From positions 230,307 to 294,306 of the forward strand of contig DF236993.1 in the NCBI GenBank assembly GCA_000708835.1: a stretch of 64,000 nt of DNA, given 5' to 3'. The notes beneath the pieces were generated by a model. The model was not told where the DNA came from. It saw only the letters and a program-made list of their open reading frames with translations, and searched no databases. How positions within the stretch are numbered: position 1 is the stretch's first letter; each line of letters starts with the position of its first letter. The position numbers and the translations under genes were made by a program. Below are positions 61,901 to 64,000 of the stretch, one piece after another. Source of the stretch: Klebsormidium nitens (lineage: Eukaryota; Plantae; Klebsormidiophyceae).

Positions 61901-62566
61901 CAGCCAAGAAAAAGTAGGTGAGCAAGAGCAGCAGCCAGAAGCATATCAACATGAATTGCGGAAGACATGCAACAGTGAAAATACCATACGTCTCCAAGAC
62001 AGGCTTGTCGATCCTGGTTGTGGATGCCTTTACTCCATTCCTGCTTTTGTGAGGGCGGCTTTCAAACAGCAACCCCGCTAAACCTGGACATGAAGCAATC
62101 CTTCCACACAAGTTTTGTTCAGGTCTTGTCACAGTATAGAACAGTTTGAATGCGCTTCTCACCTGCCACACACAAGCACCAGCACCGCCTGCGCTTCCTT
62201 TGCATTCTCCGACACAAAGATTGGCACCCCCTCCCCCTCGTCCTCCTCATCAGCTTCCAAAACTCTCACTCGTTTCGGGCCCCGCCCCACCGGCAGGATC
62301 CACCGTTGCATCCCGTACTTTACCAACATTAGTTCCTGGATGTAATCTGCTACAGAGTCGCCCAACTCCTCATAGTGCGCCTGCGTGCGGAATTCAAACG
62401 GCTCATCGTTTGCCACCTGGCGCATCTGCAGCGCGTCGTTGAAGTGGTACCCGAGCTCTGCTAGCTTCATCTCGGCTGCTTCGAGGCGCGTCTTGGGTGG
62501 TTGGGGGATCGCCTCCTCAGCGGCGGGGGATTGGGCATCCCCTTCTGAGACGTGGGCACTTGACAT
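58950..62566 (-). CDS. ARB2/FAM172A-like alpha/beta-hydrolase-fold protein, 3 coding exons, with a large acidic/Gly-rich insertion
   Basis: LAELGYHFN, HYEELG, IFVSEN, LVCGSGAVMAGQWARKLCMNDSLHQGSVIP, LNPN, HVVQAWD, VAHSYGG, IAFTDSVH, VNW, LSAGVDEHERT. Confidence 0.88.
61200..61425 (-). repeat. Two intronic copies of the acceptor and exon 5' end in ARB2-like intron 1
   Basis: 61200-61255 and 61363-61425 match 60933-60995 (shared GCACAGGA anchor at 60978, 61244, 61409). Confidence 0.8.
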
Positions 62567-63193
62567 TTTCTTCTGTGACAAGGTCTTCTGGGCAAAGTTG
62601 GGAGATGACGCGCTTGATGGCTGAGAGTGGGCACTTAAGTTGGGTGAACAAGCGGGATTCGTCCAACGTTGTCGAAAGCCAACGCATATTGTGCACCAGT
62701 TGATTGAAAGCAGGGACCTAATACGGTTCTTAAAGCGGAAGCACGGCTATCAAGTTTGACGCAAGAAAGGACAGGACATGTACTTATTGAGCAATGAAAG
62801 AGCAGGCGGCAGCGCCCAGCATGGGGATGGCAAGGGTGGTGGTGGCTGTATTGCTGTAGAAGGCACTGAGGGAGCCAGCTCTGCGGCTGGGCAACAGAAA
62901 AGATGAGCCCACATATCAATGACAAGGGGCGCGTGCTCTCCAGAACGACAGCATTGGACTGAATCACGTTGCATCCTACTATTAGCAGGCTTAGGCTCCG
63001 CCCGCTCAGGCCCAGGGCCAGGGGCCAGCTCGGAGGCCCACACCGGGCGAGGCAGAGGAGAGGGGAAGAGGGGAAGAGAGCGGGCGGGGCGGCAGCCCCC
63101 CCGGGGCTCGGGCACAGTAGGCCGGGCATTGTCCATGATAGTCAAAACTACACTTTATAATATTTTGGAGGGAAGCCGAATACAACAACACCG

Positions 63194-63266
63194 GCTCGTG
63201 TAACTCAGTGGATAGAGTGTCTCTTTCCTAAGGAGAAAGTCGAAGGTTCGACCCCTTCCTCGAGCA
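63194..63266 (+). tRNA. tRNA-Arg (anticodon CCT)
   Basis: Cloverleaf: acceptor GCTCGTG/CTCGAGC, D-stem ACTC/GAGT, anticodon stem TCTCT/GGAGA with loop TTCCTAA, T-stem GAAGG/CCTTC with TTCGA. Upstream CAACAAC motif and downstream TTTT terminator. Confidence 0.95.
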
Positions 63267-63432
63267 GGCTTTTGTCTGGATCGTCAATCTTTTTGCCTGC
63301 GTCGTCCGTTGGCGCAGATTCGCTCCATCGGACGACGCGCGTTGAGCCTCCGCGAGAGTGACCGGCGATGAGTACCACGGTGCATACTTCTTGGGGCGGA
63401 ATCCTGCGCCGGTGCGTACTAAGAGTAGTCGA

Positions 63433-63689
63433 TGTAATTTCGGACAACTCGAATTTCGGACAGACACAATATTTATCGAATTTCGGATGGCCTTATCGAA
63501 TTTCGGTCTCAGTAGGGTTCCAGTTTCGCAGTCTGCGGAGTTCGGTTCCCGAGTGACGGGTTTGTCGACGGACTTTCGTCGGCATGCCGGGATGCCGGAT
63601 TCCGGCGCTCACCAAATCGATCGGAGCTGCGACGGCTAAGTCCCAACCCGCAGTCTGCGAAACTGGGTCGTTTGCTGAGTCCGAAATTC
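63433..63689. repeat. GAATTTCGG tandem motifs plus a 41-bp imperfect inverted repeat (MITE-like relic)
   Basis: (GA)ATTTCGG occurs four times in 63436-63506. Arm 63498-63538 pairs with arm 63648-63689. Confidence 0.65.
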
Positions 63690-64000
63690 AAAATCTCTTG
63701 CCTGCCTGCCTGCCTGCGCGCCGCCTATCCATGGGGTCTTAGGAGGGGTGTAGTTGGGTAGTGTAAAGGCTTGCTCTGCCTGGGTTAGAGAGCAGTGGCA
63801 ATGGGGATTCTCCTCTTTTGAGGACCTACCCACCGCACGCCACTTATCTTTTCCCCATGATCAAACGGTGTGATGGTTGGCCAGCTATGTGCAGGGAGCT
63901 GGCAGGATAACTACACACGATCAGCTAACATGTGCGGAAACCATGAAAGCAGGCGTTCTCAAGCGATGGCGCAGCTCAGAAAAATTGTTGTCTTTCTGCT

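Overview
Intron-rich eukaryotic nuclear DNA from a flagellate-producing streptophyte alga. Klebsormidium-like is an inference from delta-tubulin, the plant-type mitochondrial ATP synthase 24 kDa subunit, a plant-type tRNA-Arg(CCT) and TTTTAGGG motifs. Genes reconstructed by hand, in order: DUF72 protein (5' end outside the window), SH3P-type BAR-SH3 protein, small hydrophobic ORF, plastid-type AI-2E transporter, delta-tubulin, two tandem orphan paralogues, a SAP-like/NuSAP-like gene with a frameshift, malic enzyme homologue, CSP41b, ATP synthase FAd, an uncharacterised plant-type protein, ARB2/FAM172-like protein and tRNA-Arg. A TA-flanked MITE and smaller repeats are also present. Two observations stand out. 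(1) Introns of at least five genes carry serial, roughly 140-270 bp spaced copies ('echoes') of the adjacent exon-intron junction, and the best-preserved copies differ from the working exon mostly at synonymous sites, which neutral decay of a simple duplicate does not predict. (2) The malic enzyme gene has an intact multi-exon reading frame but has lost the catalytic Tyr, a substrate-binding Arg, two metal ligands and part of the GxGxxG motif, so it is a probable pseudoenzyme. Exon boundaries are manual and approximate; no database searches were run.
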